Assembly: GCA_051294905.1 (NCBI GenBank)
Contig: CM119373.1
Coordinates: 1,054,001 to 1,118,000, forward strand
DNA length: 64,000 nt
DNA from: Botryllus schlosseri
Taxonomy: Eukaryota
Reading direction: 5' to 3'
The notes beneath the pieces are model-generated. The model saw nothing but the letters and a program-made list of their open reading frames with translations, searched no databases and was not told where the DNA came from. Positions 46,378 to 56,876 of the stretch are shown here, piece by piece. How positions within the stretch are numbered: the first letter of the stretch is position 1; every line of letters starts with the position of its first letter. Both the position numbers and the translations under genes were made by a program.

Positions 46378-46578
46378 GGAAAAAGGCAGTACTCTAGCTA
46401 GGACTATGTTTGGCGTAACAATGCTTACAACGCATGCGCAACACTAGCAGAGATAGTAGAGTTCTACAAGTTGTCATGATATACTAAAATCCTAATACAC
46501 ACAAAGTATATTTCCTTCATAACGGATGCCTGGCGTTAGCTAGGGACATTGGGTTAAAAGGACCAGCGGTTCGCTACA
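46378..46578 (-). repeat. 200-bp copy of the start of the 37.1-37.8 kb LTR (truncated 5' LTR or solo remnant)
   Basis: Near-identical to 37587-37786. The outer flank ATATA versus ATATC at 37107-37111 could be a degenerate 5-bp TSD. Confidence 0.75.
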
Positions 46579-46699
46579 ATATAAGAGGTCGACGCTTACA
46601 AAACAGACATCACGACTGACTCATTGATTGCTTGCGATCTCACTTCTCGATACCAGACGCCTAGCCATTCAAGTCTTATAACAGGCATAATTAGTACTT

Positions 46700-47100
46700 T
46701 CAGATGAAACAACCCAATTAAGAGCCAAGTGACAGCGCCGCAATGTATTTATCCACCAACATACAAGAAGACAATGTAACGAGAATACCCAACTTGGGCA
46801 ATGCCAATGGGCCTGTAGAAGTATTTTACACCGTGGTAAAATGAATTCTAGCACGTGAAAATGAAATTCATTCATTGGGAACTACTCTGAAAAACGGACG
46901 TGAAGCTTAGCCACAGAAGTTCTGCAAATGAAATGAATTACTGCAGTAAGCAAACTACTACGTCTTGCTCAACTGCCGTTTTTTCAAGTCCTTCACAGCA
47001 TCTTTTCTCACAGAGGCATTTACCAGATACTGCTTGTTATTATACTATATGTTAACATTGATTTTGCTCGCCAATTTTAAAGCTCGATCTCGATTATCAC
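46700..47100 (-). pseudogene. Possible degenerate non-LTR RT N-terminal fragment
   Basis: AVKDLKK...FFRVVPNE...ARIH...FYRPIGI resembles AIK.LK...G.FP..WK.A.I.P...NYRPIS. Heavily broken. Confidence 0.35.
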
Positions 47101-47331
47101 AACATACAAAACTTGAGGTCCCCTCAAAACGATGCAAAACATCTTGACCAGCTTCCTTCACTGCGACTTGGGGTGAGAACAGATGATTTTATCAGAACCA
47201 CCTAGGATCGAAAAACTTGATGCAACAAACTTGCCGAGTGGTTCCGAGGGAGCAAGAAGTACCCCGCGATCGAGCAAGTCGATAACGGAAACTTGCGCCA
47301 CAGGACGCGTCAGAAAAGGACTCATGACATA

Positions 47332-47837
47332 TTGCAGCTTCGTTCCGCTTCGCTGAAGCTTTACTCAGACTTATTTTACGGCAGCTACTGTAGAATTTCT
47401 GGCAATCCAAAAGTTGTCTTCCAGAGCTCAGAATTTACTGAATCCGGTCTTGATCGAAAGCTACTGTCGCACTGATTTCGAAAATATCAATCAAAATATG
47501 GTGAAGCACCGTACTGAGATGAAAAACCACCCTCAACATCCAAAATCTGCATTGTTCAGAACAATCGGATGACCGCAAAACAATGACCATAACAATGACC
47601 CATTGCGACTCTTCGATTGTTCGGACAATGCCGATAATTCAGACTTGGAGGGCGGTTCAGTGCCTGATCATATTTTTATTTACATTTTCGGAATCAGTGC
47701 GACAGTAGCTTTCGATCAAGACCATATTCAGTAAATTCTGAGCTTTGGAAGACAACTTTTGGATTGCCAGAAATCCTACAGTAGCTGCCGTAAAATAAGT
47801 CTGAGCAAAGCTTCAGCGAAGCGGAACGAAGCTGCAA
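47332..47837. mobile_element. Complete 506-bp palindromic foldback element
   Basis: 47332-47485 and 47685-47837 are near-perfect reverse complements (ttgcagcttcgttccgcttcgctgaagc...). The core is shared with 27934-28425 and 11922-12208. No TSD recognised. Confidence 0.9.
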
Positions 47838-47994
47838 AATCGGTCGCTGCCATTCCACGTTTACATTCTATAATATCATGCTCCCAGTAGTTTACCTCAA
47901 TTTGTTGTCTGCTTTAAGTTTTGCATGGTAGCTAGTGATTCCGATTAGGTCATCACGAACCAAATTTTTTATAGGAGTGAAGGTACTTTCACCG

Positions 47995-48477
47995 TCAATT
48001 ATTTTTCTTGCAAAAAATACCCTTACGCTTGTGAATGTACTCCTTGGTTTCCTTCAAATAATAATTGTATGTGAAACTACATTTTTCCCAAGCCCCACAG
48101 TCATCCGTAAAATCCCTTTGATGTACATTAGATTTGCATTTTTCATTGTCTTTGAAGGAGACATATACATACACATCTTCCTTCAATCCATTTGGGATTC
48201 TCCTCGGAAGATCCAATCTAATTTGAGGGGAAAGCTTGATTAATATTTCTCTGAATGGAAGATATTTGTTGCAAGGCAGAGCTTGCATATTAGTAGGCTT
48301 CAAAAAACTACTATCTACGTCAATTTTAGGCTCCTCGCTGTCACAACTAGTATTCAAACTTTTAATGGAAGGTGAGGAAGTACCTTTCTGCTCCACCACA
48401 GATTTATATTCGTGAATAATCTTGCTCAGTAGAGGTCCGCAATCATAATAAAATGCATGCAAGCGATCGTCTTTGTT
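47995..48477 (-). pseudogene. Third MULE-like transposase N-terminal fragment; its upstream part lies at 62534-62945
   Basis: RIPNGLKEDVYVYV...FTDDCGAW. The peptide NKDDRLHAFYYDCG.LLSKIIHEYKS is present both here and at 62534-62610. Confidence 0.6.
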
Positions 48478-48736
48478 CAATTTGCAATATTGGAAAAGAT
48501 GCGCACATTCCCTGAATATGCCTTGCTTTTGTGGGTTTCGCGTACAGATCATCAGATTTGGTGTATAGTTGAATTTCAAAACTTATCCATGATATCTTGA
48601 GGCCATGCAGCGACCGTATTGTAAAAGATCCATGTATATAACTGAATATGCCTGGTTTTTGCGGGTTGCTAGCATTGCTAGCATGGTTTTGGTGGTAACT
48701 AGAAGGGTTTTGAGGGTGACTCGGGTAGAAAACTTT

Positions 48737-49400
48737 TCCTATACAACCGCAAAACTCTTGTAGACTACCGCAAAACTCTCCTATACAACCGCAAAAATTT
48801 GGTGGACAACAGCAAAACTCTTGTAGACTACCGCAAAACTTTGGTGGACAAGAGCAAAACTCTGGTAGACTACCGCAAAACTCTCCTATACAACCGCAAA
48901 ACTTTGGTGGACAACAGCAAAAATCTTGTAGACCACCCCAGAACTCTCCTATACAACCACAAAACTCTTGTAGACTACCGCAAAACTCTCCTATACAACC
49001 GCAAAAATTTGGTGGACAACAGCAAAACTCTTGTAGACTACCGCAAAACTTTGGTGGACAAGAGCAAAACTCTGGTAGACTACCGCAAAACTCTCCTTTA
49101 CAACCGCAAAACTATGGTGGACGGTTTGATTTCATAACTAATCCATGATATCTCGAGGCCATACAGCGACAATATTTTAAAAGATACCCACAATTACCTG
49201 AATATGCCTTGGTTTTGCAGGTTCTAGACATGAAATGAGAAAATACATTTGGTGGACAACAGCAAAAATCTTGTAGACCACCCCAAAACTCTCCTATACA
49301 ACCACAGAACTTTGGTGGACAACAGCAAAACTCTGGTAGACTACCGCAAAACTCTCCTTTAGAACCGCAAAACTTTGGTAGACAACCGCAAAACTATGGT
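48737..49400. repeat. 21-bp minisatellite plus a duplicated block of about 120 bp
   Basis: Units ac(c/a)gcaaaact(c/t)t + (tgtagact / cctataca / ggtggaca). Blocks 49131-49250 and 49411-49531 are near-identical. Confidence 0.92.
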
Positions 49401-49731
49401 GGACGGATTGATTTCATAACTAATCCATGATATCTCGAGGCCATACAGCGACAATATTTTAAAAGATACCCACAATTACCTGAATATGCCTTGGTTTTGC
49501 AGGCTCTAGACATGAAATGAGAAAATACATTTTGGATCTTTGGCTTGTCTTCTGGTGAGATTATGTATTTGAGGGCAGATCATCGTGCAGTATTTGTAGC
49601 ATCCTTTAGTTCAGTGGTTCTTAACCTTTTTTCCTCCAGCGCCCCCTTTCAAAAATTATCGTGCTCCAGCGCCCCCCAACCGCATATTGTAAGGAATGTA
49701 TAATAAAGACAATGAGTAAGAGGGAGGGCGG

Positions 49732-52700
49732 TGAAGTCGCGATTTCAGACTTCAAGAGCCATAAACATCACGGTTCAATAAACCTTGTATGACCTTTGTG
49801 ACGTAACTGTTATATAGTTCACTGCCGTTCAGTTTCGCCCTCGTTGCCTGCTTTGTATCAGTTGCTAATATTTCGACTATCAATCTTATTCAATCATATT
49901 TACCTCGCAATTTTTATAGATCCTAAAATAATTTTTATGAATAGTCTGATTCGAAATTTGTAACTGTCCTCAAGGAAACACCGTCAAAAAACCGTTTTTC
50001 GTCTGTGTAAAATAAAATCCAACGAAGCAGGCAGAGACGCGTCATCTTGGGGTGTTGGATAGGACAGTTATATCTCTATTGTGTATACGTGGAAGTTTCC
50101 ACCCCTCTTTCGCGGCTACATAAAGTTTTTTGACGAATCCATTCAACAAGTGCACCAATCAACAAAGAAAACTCAACTGTCATTGTCATGGATTCCAACA
50201 ACCAAACCAAAGATCCTGATCTGGATGTTACACCGAGATGCGACGAAGACAACAAAGTCACCAAAACAAAAGACAAACCAAAGTCTTCAAGGTCTCATGG
50301 TGCCAGATCAAAATCATCAGTTCAAACAAGATCCATGTCAAAGGCTTTAGAGCACAAATACTTGAAACCAAAAAGTTCAAGCAAATCAAGTTCAAGTCAT
50401 CGGTCATCAACAGGTACCGGTACTTCTACATCAAGTCATTCAACTAAATCTCGCTATAGTGAAATGAATGTTGAAGATGTCGTAAATTATCACCGGAAAC
50501 TGCAAGAAATATGCTCTGCACGAGCAAAACAGGATATTGAAGATATTCAGGCTTCATTGAACACTGAAATACAATCAATTCAAAATCAAACTGCTTTGGC
50601 CCGAGCCAATCTACAAGAACAAAAAAGGAAGTTAGAAGAAGATCTGCGAAAGAAATTGGAGGAAGAAAGGAGGAAGTTGGAGGAAGAAGAACAAGAACTA
50701 CAAAGACTGCAAAATCAGCAATGTGAAATGATTAAACAAAGGATGCAGCAAAATGCTGACGAAACAGCTCGCCGTGTAAAACGAGAACATTTGCAAAATA
50801 CTTGTGAACTAGAACTAGAACTCACTAGACGAGGTGTATCAACGCAAAGTTCACCTCAACTGACAGCGGCAGAACTGCAGCCATCTGAGAACAGGAGCCT
50901 GGCTCCTCAAACAAGCATTGTTCCAGAACAACTACAGCAAGCAAGTGCAACTATTCAACCTACGAGCAATGTAATAACTTCAATTGCTGAACCGTCTACA
51001 AGTGTTGCTCCAAATGTAACTCCACTGATATCTTCAAATACTTCATATGCAGGTGTGGCTATTCCTTTTAATAGCATGTCTCACAGTTCTCGCCAAGTGT
51101 CTAATGTTGTAGGCTTAAGTGAGAATGTATGTGTGCGTGAAAGATCTAGTAATTGTGTGACTGCTCGTTTGGACGCATGCATTGCACCCAAAAATCAATC
51201 GCCTGTAATTGATGCCAAAATTAGTCGCCTTATTGTAGCACCTCCCATGATTGATACACAAATAACTACTAATTTGCCTAGTTCTTTTGCATCTGGTAGC
51301 GTACAACCCTTTGTGCCAGTTAATTCAAATCAAGCAGCTACAGCAGGCTGCACAGTTCAAAATACTGCAAACTCTGATCTCAATGTAAAGCCTAACCAAC
51401 CGCCTAACTTGATTCAATGTGAGAATCCGTATGTCATTCACCAGGTTAAACCCAGTGATCAAATTGTTCCATTAAAGTTGGAACCAAAATGTTTTAGTGG
51501 CGACCCAATTGAATTTGATACATTCAAGGAAATGATAAATGCTACTTTGAATCGTCAACCATGGTCGCAAAAGCAGAAGTTGATGCATCTTTTGCAATAT
51601 ACTCGTGGTATTGCCAATACTTTTGTTAAAGCTTGTGAAGATATGGAAAACTGCTTTGATGAAGCTCTTGCGGTATTGAGAGACAATTTTGGTCAACCGT
51701 TCCAAATAAGTGACCGCTACATAAACACTGTTATAAATGGCTCGAAACTTGTAGAAGGTGACAACGATTCTCTCCTCTTATTTCATGCATCGTTAACCGC
51801 CTGCACAAATAAGTTAACCAAATTTGGAAGAATTTGTGATGTTTCACGCTCCATGGTTGAACAAATTGCCGAGAGACTTCCCCCTTCTTGGCAGCCTGGT
51901 TGGAGAACCTTAGTGGCGGAGGTCACTTTTGACCTGAAAACCGAACTGACTGTTGAACATGTAAATGACTATGTTCGCCAGAAAATTAGAGAAATCACTA
52001 GTAAATATACCAACCCTAATCATGAAATATCCAAGAAGCAAGTGACTGGTGTATTCAAAACTGGCAAGCCCAAGGCATCATTCAGCACACAAGTTGTGAC
52101 TCCAACATTAGAACTTTGTTTCATGTGCAACGAAAAGCATTTCTTGAATCAATGTGTCCAGTTCCGCAAAATGCAGTATCCTGATCGCGTTGAATTCGTA
52201 AAAACCAAAGGGCTTTGCTTCAAGTGTCTAAAGTCAGGACACTTCGGAAAAGCATGCAAACGCATTCAAGCTTGTATAAGGCCTGGTTGCAAAGGCAATC
52301 ATACAACACTTCTTCACCCACCTGAAGAAAAGATAAAAGAGGTTGCTAACAAAACCTTGGATTCGGCAAATGAACAAATTGAAGGCCAAGGCAAAATTTC
52401 TGATTCAAAAGAAGCTACCTCTTTCTTCAGTGCTTCCTGCGATGACAATGAATATGATGATGATGAATGTGTGACTTTGAATGTAGTTCTGGCAAGACTA
52501 CGGGTCGTTGGCACTGACAAGTACATCGTCACCTTGGCATTGATTGATAATGCAAGCAATTGTTCATTCATATCTAAAGAACTCGTGAAACTACTCGGTC
52601 TCGCTGGGCCCGAGCGAAACGTAACTTTCCAAACAATCGAACCATCTAAAAATACCAAGAAGTCAACCATTGTTCGTGGTTTAGAGATTTCTGATTACGA

Positions 52701-55700
52701 GGGATCAGAATACGTACCTCTGAAGTCACTGATATCCACAGAGAAAATCGCTCTGGACAACGACCTGCGGCCGACACAAAGTGATGTACATCAATTTCAA
52801 CAATTTGAAGACATTCCAATCCCAGATCTTTCTGGAGACATCGGTCTGCTGATTGGTAAAAACAACCCTAAAATTCATAAGCCTCTGGAAACTATATACG
52901 GACCTGAGGATTACTTCGCAGTGAAAAGTGCCATCGGATGGATGTTTACATGCCCAAAACAATCCGAACCTTTCAAACCTCACTCCTATTTCATTCAAAC
53001 CAATCCAAACCCTTTGTGCAGGATGTGTCACGATGATGTCAATTCCATAGCAAATGACAAAACTGAACTCTCTGTAAATGATAAACTATTTATGGAAAAG
53101 GTGTCATCGACAATCCTACTTGACTCGAACGGGCACTACCAAATGGAATTACCATTGAAACATCCGGATTTAACATTGCCCGACAACAAGCATCAAGCAA
53201 AACAAAGAATCAATTATCTGCAGAAAAGATTCCAAAAGGATCCAAAGTTCTTCGATGAATACAAAGTTTTCATGTCTGACATGATCACAAATGGATATGC
53301 CGAGAAGGTTCACAATGATGGGCCAGTTGGTAAAACCTGGTACCTGAGCCATCACGGTGTGTATCACCCTGAAAAGAAGACTATCCGCGTTGTTTTCGAT
53401 GCATCTGCGAAATTCAATAACCTGGCGTTGAACGACCTTCTGTTACAGGGGCCAGACCTAACAAACAACCTTGTTGGTGTTTTATCGCGCTTTCGCAGAA
53501 ATGAAGTTGCGATCCAAGGTGACATTCGATCAATGTTCCACCAGGTTAAGGTTGATGAATCTGATAGAGACCTGTTACGCTTCCTGTGGTGGAAGGATAA
53601 TGACCCAAACCAACAACTTGAAACGTACCGCATGACTGTGTTTTTATTTGGGACTGTGAGCAGCCCTAGCTGTGCCAACTTTGCTCTACGAACTGTCGCT
53701 GAAGACAACAAAAATGCCTATGACATTGATGTCATAAATGCGGTTCAAAAGAACTTCTACGTTGATGATTTTCTTGATTCCTGTGAGGATACTCCTGCTG
53801 CAATTCGTCGTGTGGAAGATGTCAGCTCTCTGCTAAGCAAAGGTGGATTTGAACTGACAAAATGGGCAAGCAATTGCAGAGAAGTACTGGCAGCAATACC
53901 AGAATCAAACAGAGCCAAAAACCTGAAAAATATTGACTTGTTAACTGATGAGCTACCGATGGAGAAGACATTGGGGCTTGCCTGGAATATAGAAGATGAT
54001 TCGTGGTGCTTCCGCGTCAAAGAAAAACACAAACCCTGTACCAGAAGAGGAATTCTGAGTATCGTGAACTCAATTTTTGATCCGCTGGGAATGGCGCAAA
54101 CTATAGTGCAACCAATGAAGGTATTGATGCAGCACTTATGCAAAAATAGTTACAATTGGGATGACCCGTTACCTGAAGAAGCCAGAAAGATTTGGTGCGA
54201 CTGGTTATCTCAACTACAGAAGCTTGAAAACTTTACGATTCCAAGATGTTTCAAACCGTCAAAGTTTGGACAGGTGACAAGAATCGAACTTCACCACTTC
54301 TCAGATGCCTCCGAGTTGTGCTATGGTGCAGTATCTTATCTGAGATATGTGAATGATGCAGGGGAGATTCACTGTTCTTTTGTCTGTGGAAAAACAAGAC
54401 TCGCCCCCATCAAAGGTTCTACCATTCCGAGAATGGAGTTGTGCGCTGCAACAATATCTGCCAGTAATAACAAATTTCTGCTAAAAGAGCTGGACCTGCC
54501 TATTGACGATTCATACTTCTGGACTGATAGCACAACTGTTTTGCGATATCTCACAAACAAAGACAAAGCTTTCAAAACCTTTGTTGCGAACAGAATCAAT
54601 ATGATCAAAGAGTCTTCAGAATCATCAGACTGGAGATATGTACCTTCAAAACAAAACCCTGCTGATATTGCTTCTCGGGGCCAGACTGTTTCTGAATTCT
54701 TGACTTGCGACATGTGGAAATTCGGTCCAGAATTCTTGTGGAAAGATTCTTCGGAGTGGCCTCAACAACCAACATTTCTAGAGGAGTTGTCTTGTGATGA
54801 CTCAGAAATCAAAAAGCCAAACAAATTGTGTTTTCTTACAATTACCACTCCAAATTCTGTTCTTGATGAACTCATCTCCAAGATCTCAAGCTGGACTCGA
54901 CTGAAAAGGGTGCTGGCATGGGTCTTGCGCTTCAAAAATAATCTTCTTGCCAAAGCGAGAAACAAACAACCAAATGCAAAGCTGACAAACAAAGCATTGA
55001 CTTTAACCGAAGTTAAAGCTGCTGAAGAAATGCTTATACGTCATGAGCAAACAAAGCACTTCTCTGAAGAAATAGAAAGACTGAAGACTGATGAACAAAT
55101 CAAAAGATCCAGCCCGATCTACAAATTGCTACCATTTCTGGATAATGGGACCCTCCGGGTTGGAGGCAGAAATCAAAATGCTCCTATAGGTTACGACTCA
55201 AAACATCCGATAATCATTCCAAAAGCGAGTCCAATTGCAGAATTGGTCATTCGAGATGCTCATGTTTCATGTGGCCACAGTGGCCGGGAATATGTTATAG
55301 CCCAAGTCAGAGAAAGATTTTGGATTGTCACAATCAATTCCAAAGTACGATCCGTTCTGAAAAATTGTGTCTCATGTAGGAAACGTCAACGAAAACCAGA
55401 ATCTCAACAAATGTCTGATCTACCATCTGATAGATTAACTCCGAATGATCCGCCATTCCACGCAGTTGCGGTTGACTGTTTTGGTCCGTTTTTAGTAAAG
55501 CGTGGTAGATCTGAGTTGAAACGATATGGCGTTTTGTTCACTTGCCTAACCACTCGCGCTGTCCATATTGAAATTGCGAATAGTTTGGACACTGATTCTT
55601 TCATTATGGCACTGCGCCGCTGCATTGCACGCCGTGGACAAATCAGTTTGATACGGTCAGATAATGGCAGCAACTTCACATCTGGTGAGAAAGAGTTGAG

Positions 55701-56876
55701 GCAAAACATTTTAACTTGGAATCAAACAAAAATACAAGATTTTTTGGTGCAAAAACAAATAACTTGGTTCTTTCAGACCCCTTGTGCATCCAATCATGGT
55801 GGTGTATTTGAAAGACAAATTCGAACAGTGCGAAAGATTTTGGGTGCTCTGTGTGATGAACAAATGTTGTCTGATGAATCTCTATTAACATTGATGTGTG
55901 AATGTGAATCAATTATGAATAATCGCCCCATTTCAACTGTGTCTAGTGATCCACATGATTTGACCCCAATAACCCCTAACAGTCTATTGTTGTTGAAAGA
56001 TAAACCCATGCTACCACCTGGTGTGTTCAATGTCAAAGATGTTTACTCTCGAAAAAGATGGAGACAAGTCCAGTACTTGGCTGATCTTTTTTGGACAAGG
56101 TGGAAGAAACAATACCTTCCACTACTTCAGATTCGCCAAAAATGGAATGAAAAGAAAAGAAATATCACTGTAGGTGATGTTGTGCTTGTGTTGGATCAAA
56201 ACCTACCTCGTAACATGTGGTTGCTAGGTCGTGTGATTGAGACCCTACCTGACAAGTCTGGGTTGGTGAGAAGCGCGAGAGTGTTTACCAAAACGAATAT
56301 TTTGAAACGACCCATAAACAAATTGGTGCTTCTCTGTGAAGCTCATGACTGTTGAGAGCTGAAACTTGTTACAGTTTTTTGAGTATTGTAACCTTTCGTT
56401 TCTTTGTGTTTTTATTGTGAATTTGCAGTTGTGTAAAAATTGCCAAACTTGCATAAATTCAAATTTTCAATTTTTAAAGGGCCAGGATGAAGTCGCGATT
56501 TCAGACTTCAAGAGCCATAAACATCACGGTTCAATAAACCTTGTATGACCTTTGTGACGTAACTGTTATATAGTTCACTGCCGTTCAGTTTCGCCCTCGT
56601 TGCCTGCTTTGTATCAGTTGCTAATATTTCGACTATCAATCTTATTCAATCGTATTTACCTCGCAATTTTTATAGATCCTAAAATAATTTTTATGAATAG
56701 TCTGATTCGAAATTTGTAACTGTCCTCAAGGAAACACCGTCAAAAAACCGTTTTTCGTCTGTGTAAAATAAAATCCAACGAAGCAGGCAGAGACGCGTCA
56801 TCTTGGGGTGTTGGATAGGACAGTTATATCTCTATTGTGTATACGTGGAAGTTTCCACCCCTCTTTCGCGGCTACA
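49732..56876 (+). mobile_element. Complete BEL/Pao LTR retrotransposon
   Basis: LTRs 49732-50120 and 56488-56876 (389 bp, TG...CA, one A/G difference seen); 5-bp TSD GGCGG (49727-49731, 56877-56881); single long ORF. Confidence 0.97.
50188..56355 (+). CDS. BEL/Pao gag-pol polyprotein, 2055 aa
   Basis: DUF1759-like FSGDPIEF; three Cys/His knuckles (CFMCNEKHFLNQC, CFKCLKSGHFGKAC, C...GCKGNHTTLLH); protease LIDNAS; RT YVDDFL; RNase H HHFSDAS; integrase H..GH...CVSC, VDCFGPF, SDNGSNF, GVFER; DUF5641-like FWTRWKKQYL. Confidence 0.97.
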   Translation: MDSNNQTKDPDLDVTPRCDEDNKVTKTKDKPKSSRSHGARSKSSVQTRSMSKALEHKYLKPKSSSKSSSSHRSSTGTGTSTSSHSTKSRYSEMNVEDVVNYHRKLQEICSARAKQDIEDIQASLNTEIQSIQNQTALARANLQEQKRKLEEDLRKKLEEERRKLEEEEQELQRLQNQQCEMIKQRMQQNADETARRVKREHLQNTCELELELTRRGVSTQSSPQLTAAELQPSENRSLAPQTSIVPEQLQQASATIQPTSNVITSIAEPSTSVAPNVTPLISSNTSYAGVAIPFNSMSHSSRQVSNVVGLSENVCVRERSSNCVTARLDACIAPKNQSPVIDAKISRLIVAPPMIDTQITTNLPSSFASGSVQPFVPVNSNQAATAGCTVQNTANSDLNVKPNQPPNLIQCENPYVIHQVKPSDQIVPLKLEPKCFSGDPIEFDTFKEMINATLNRQPWSQKQKLMHLLQYTRGIANTFVKACEDMENCFDEALAVLRDNFGQPFQISDRYINTVINGSKLVEGDNDSLLLFHASLTACTNKLTKFGRICDVSRSMVEQIAERLPPSWQPGWRTLVAEVTFDLKTELTVEHVNDYVRQKIREITSKYTNPNHEISKKQVTGVFKTGKPKASFSTQVVTPTLELCFMCNEKHFLNQCVQFRKMQYPDRVEFVKTKGLCFKCLKSGHFGKACKRIQACIRPGCKGNHTTLLHPPEEKIKEVANKTLDSANEQIEGQGKISDSKEATSFFSASCDDNEYDDDECVTLNVVLARLRVVGTDKYIVTLALIDNASNCSFISKELVKLLGLAGPERNVTFQTIEPSKNTKKSTIVRGLEISDYEGSEYVPLKSLISTEKIALDNDLRPTQSDVHQFQQFEDIPIPDLSGDIGLLIGKNNPKIHKPLETIYGPEDYFAVKSAIGWMFTCPKQSEPFKPHSYFIQTNPNPLCRMCHDDVNSIANDKTELSVNDKLFMEKVSSTILLDSNGHYQMELPLKHPDLTLPDNKHQAKQRINYLQKRFQKDPKFFDEYKVFMSDMITNGYAEKVHNDGPVGKTWYLSHHGVYHPEKKTIRVVFDASAKFNNLALNDLLLQGPDLTNNLVGVLSRFRRNEVAIQGDIRSMFHQVKVDESDRDLLRFLWWKDNDPNQQLETYRMTVFLFGTVSSPSCANFALRTVAEDNKNAYDIDVINAVQKNFYVDDFLDSCEDTPAAIRRVEDVSSLLSKGGFELTKWASNCREVLAAIPESNRAKNLKNIDLLTDELPMEKTLGLAWNIEDDSWCFRVKEKHKPCTRRGILSIVNSIFDPLGMAQTIVQPMKVLMQHLCKNSYNWDDPLPEEARKIWCDWLSQLQKLENFTIPRCFKPSKFGQVTRIELHHFSDASELCYGAVSYLRYVNDAGEIHCSFVCGKTRLAPIKGSTIPRMELCAATISASNNKFLLKELDLPIDDSYFWTDSTTVLRYLTNKDKAFKTFVANRINMIKESSESSDWRYVPSKQNPADIASRGQTVSEFLTCDMWKFGPEFLWKDSSEWPQQPTFLEELSCDDSEIKKPNKLCFLTITTPNSVLDELISKISSWTRLKRVLAWVLRFKNNLLAKARNKQPNAKLTNKALTLTEVKAAEEMLIRHEQTKHFSEEIERLKTDEQIKRSSPIYKLLPFLDNGTLRVGGRNQNAPIGYDSKHPIIIPKASPIAELVIRDAHVSCGHSGREYVIAQVRERFWIVTINSKVRSVLKNCVSCRKRQRKPESQQMSDLPSDRLTPNDPPFHAVAVDCFGPFLVKRGRSELKRYGVLFTCLTTRAVHIEIANSLDTDSFIMALRRCIARRGQISLIRSDNGSNFTSGEKELRQNILTWNQTKIQDFLVQKQITWFFQTPCASNHGGVFERQIRTVRKILGALCDEQMLSDESLLTLMCECESIMNNRPISTVSSDPHDLTPITPNSLLLLKDKPMLPPGVFNVKDVYSRKRWRQVQYLADLFWTRWKKQYLPLLQIRQKWNEKKRNITVGDVVLVLDQNLPRNMWLLGRVIETLPDKSGLVRSARVFTKTNILKRPINKLVLLCEAHDC

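Noticed and set aside
48737-49400. Regular repeats as a CRISPR array or a real coiled-coil gene
   Set aside because: There are no unique spacers; the units are head-to-tail variants. An open frame is expected from a stop-free 21-bp unit.
51115-56454. Many 60-130 aa minus-strand ORFs inside the BEL ORF, and similar ones opposite R2 and CR1
   Set aside because: These are shadow ORFs opposite long coding frames, with no motifs of their own.
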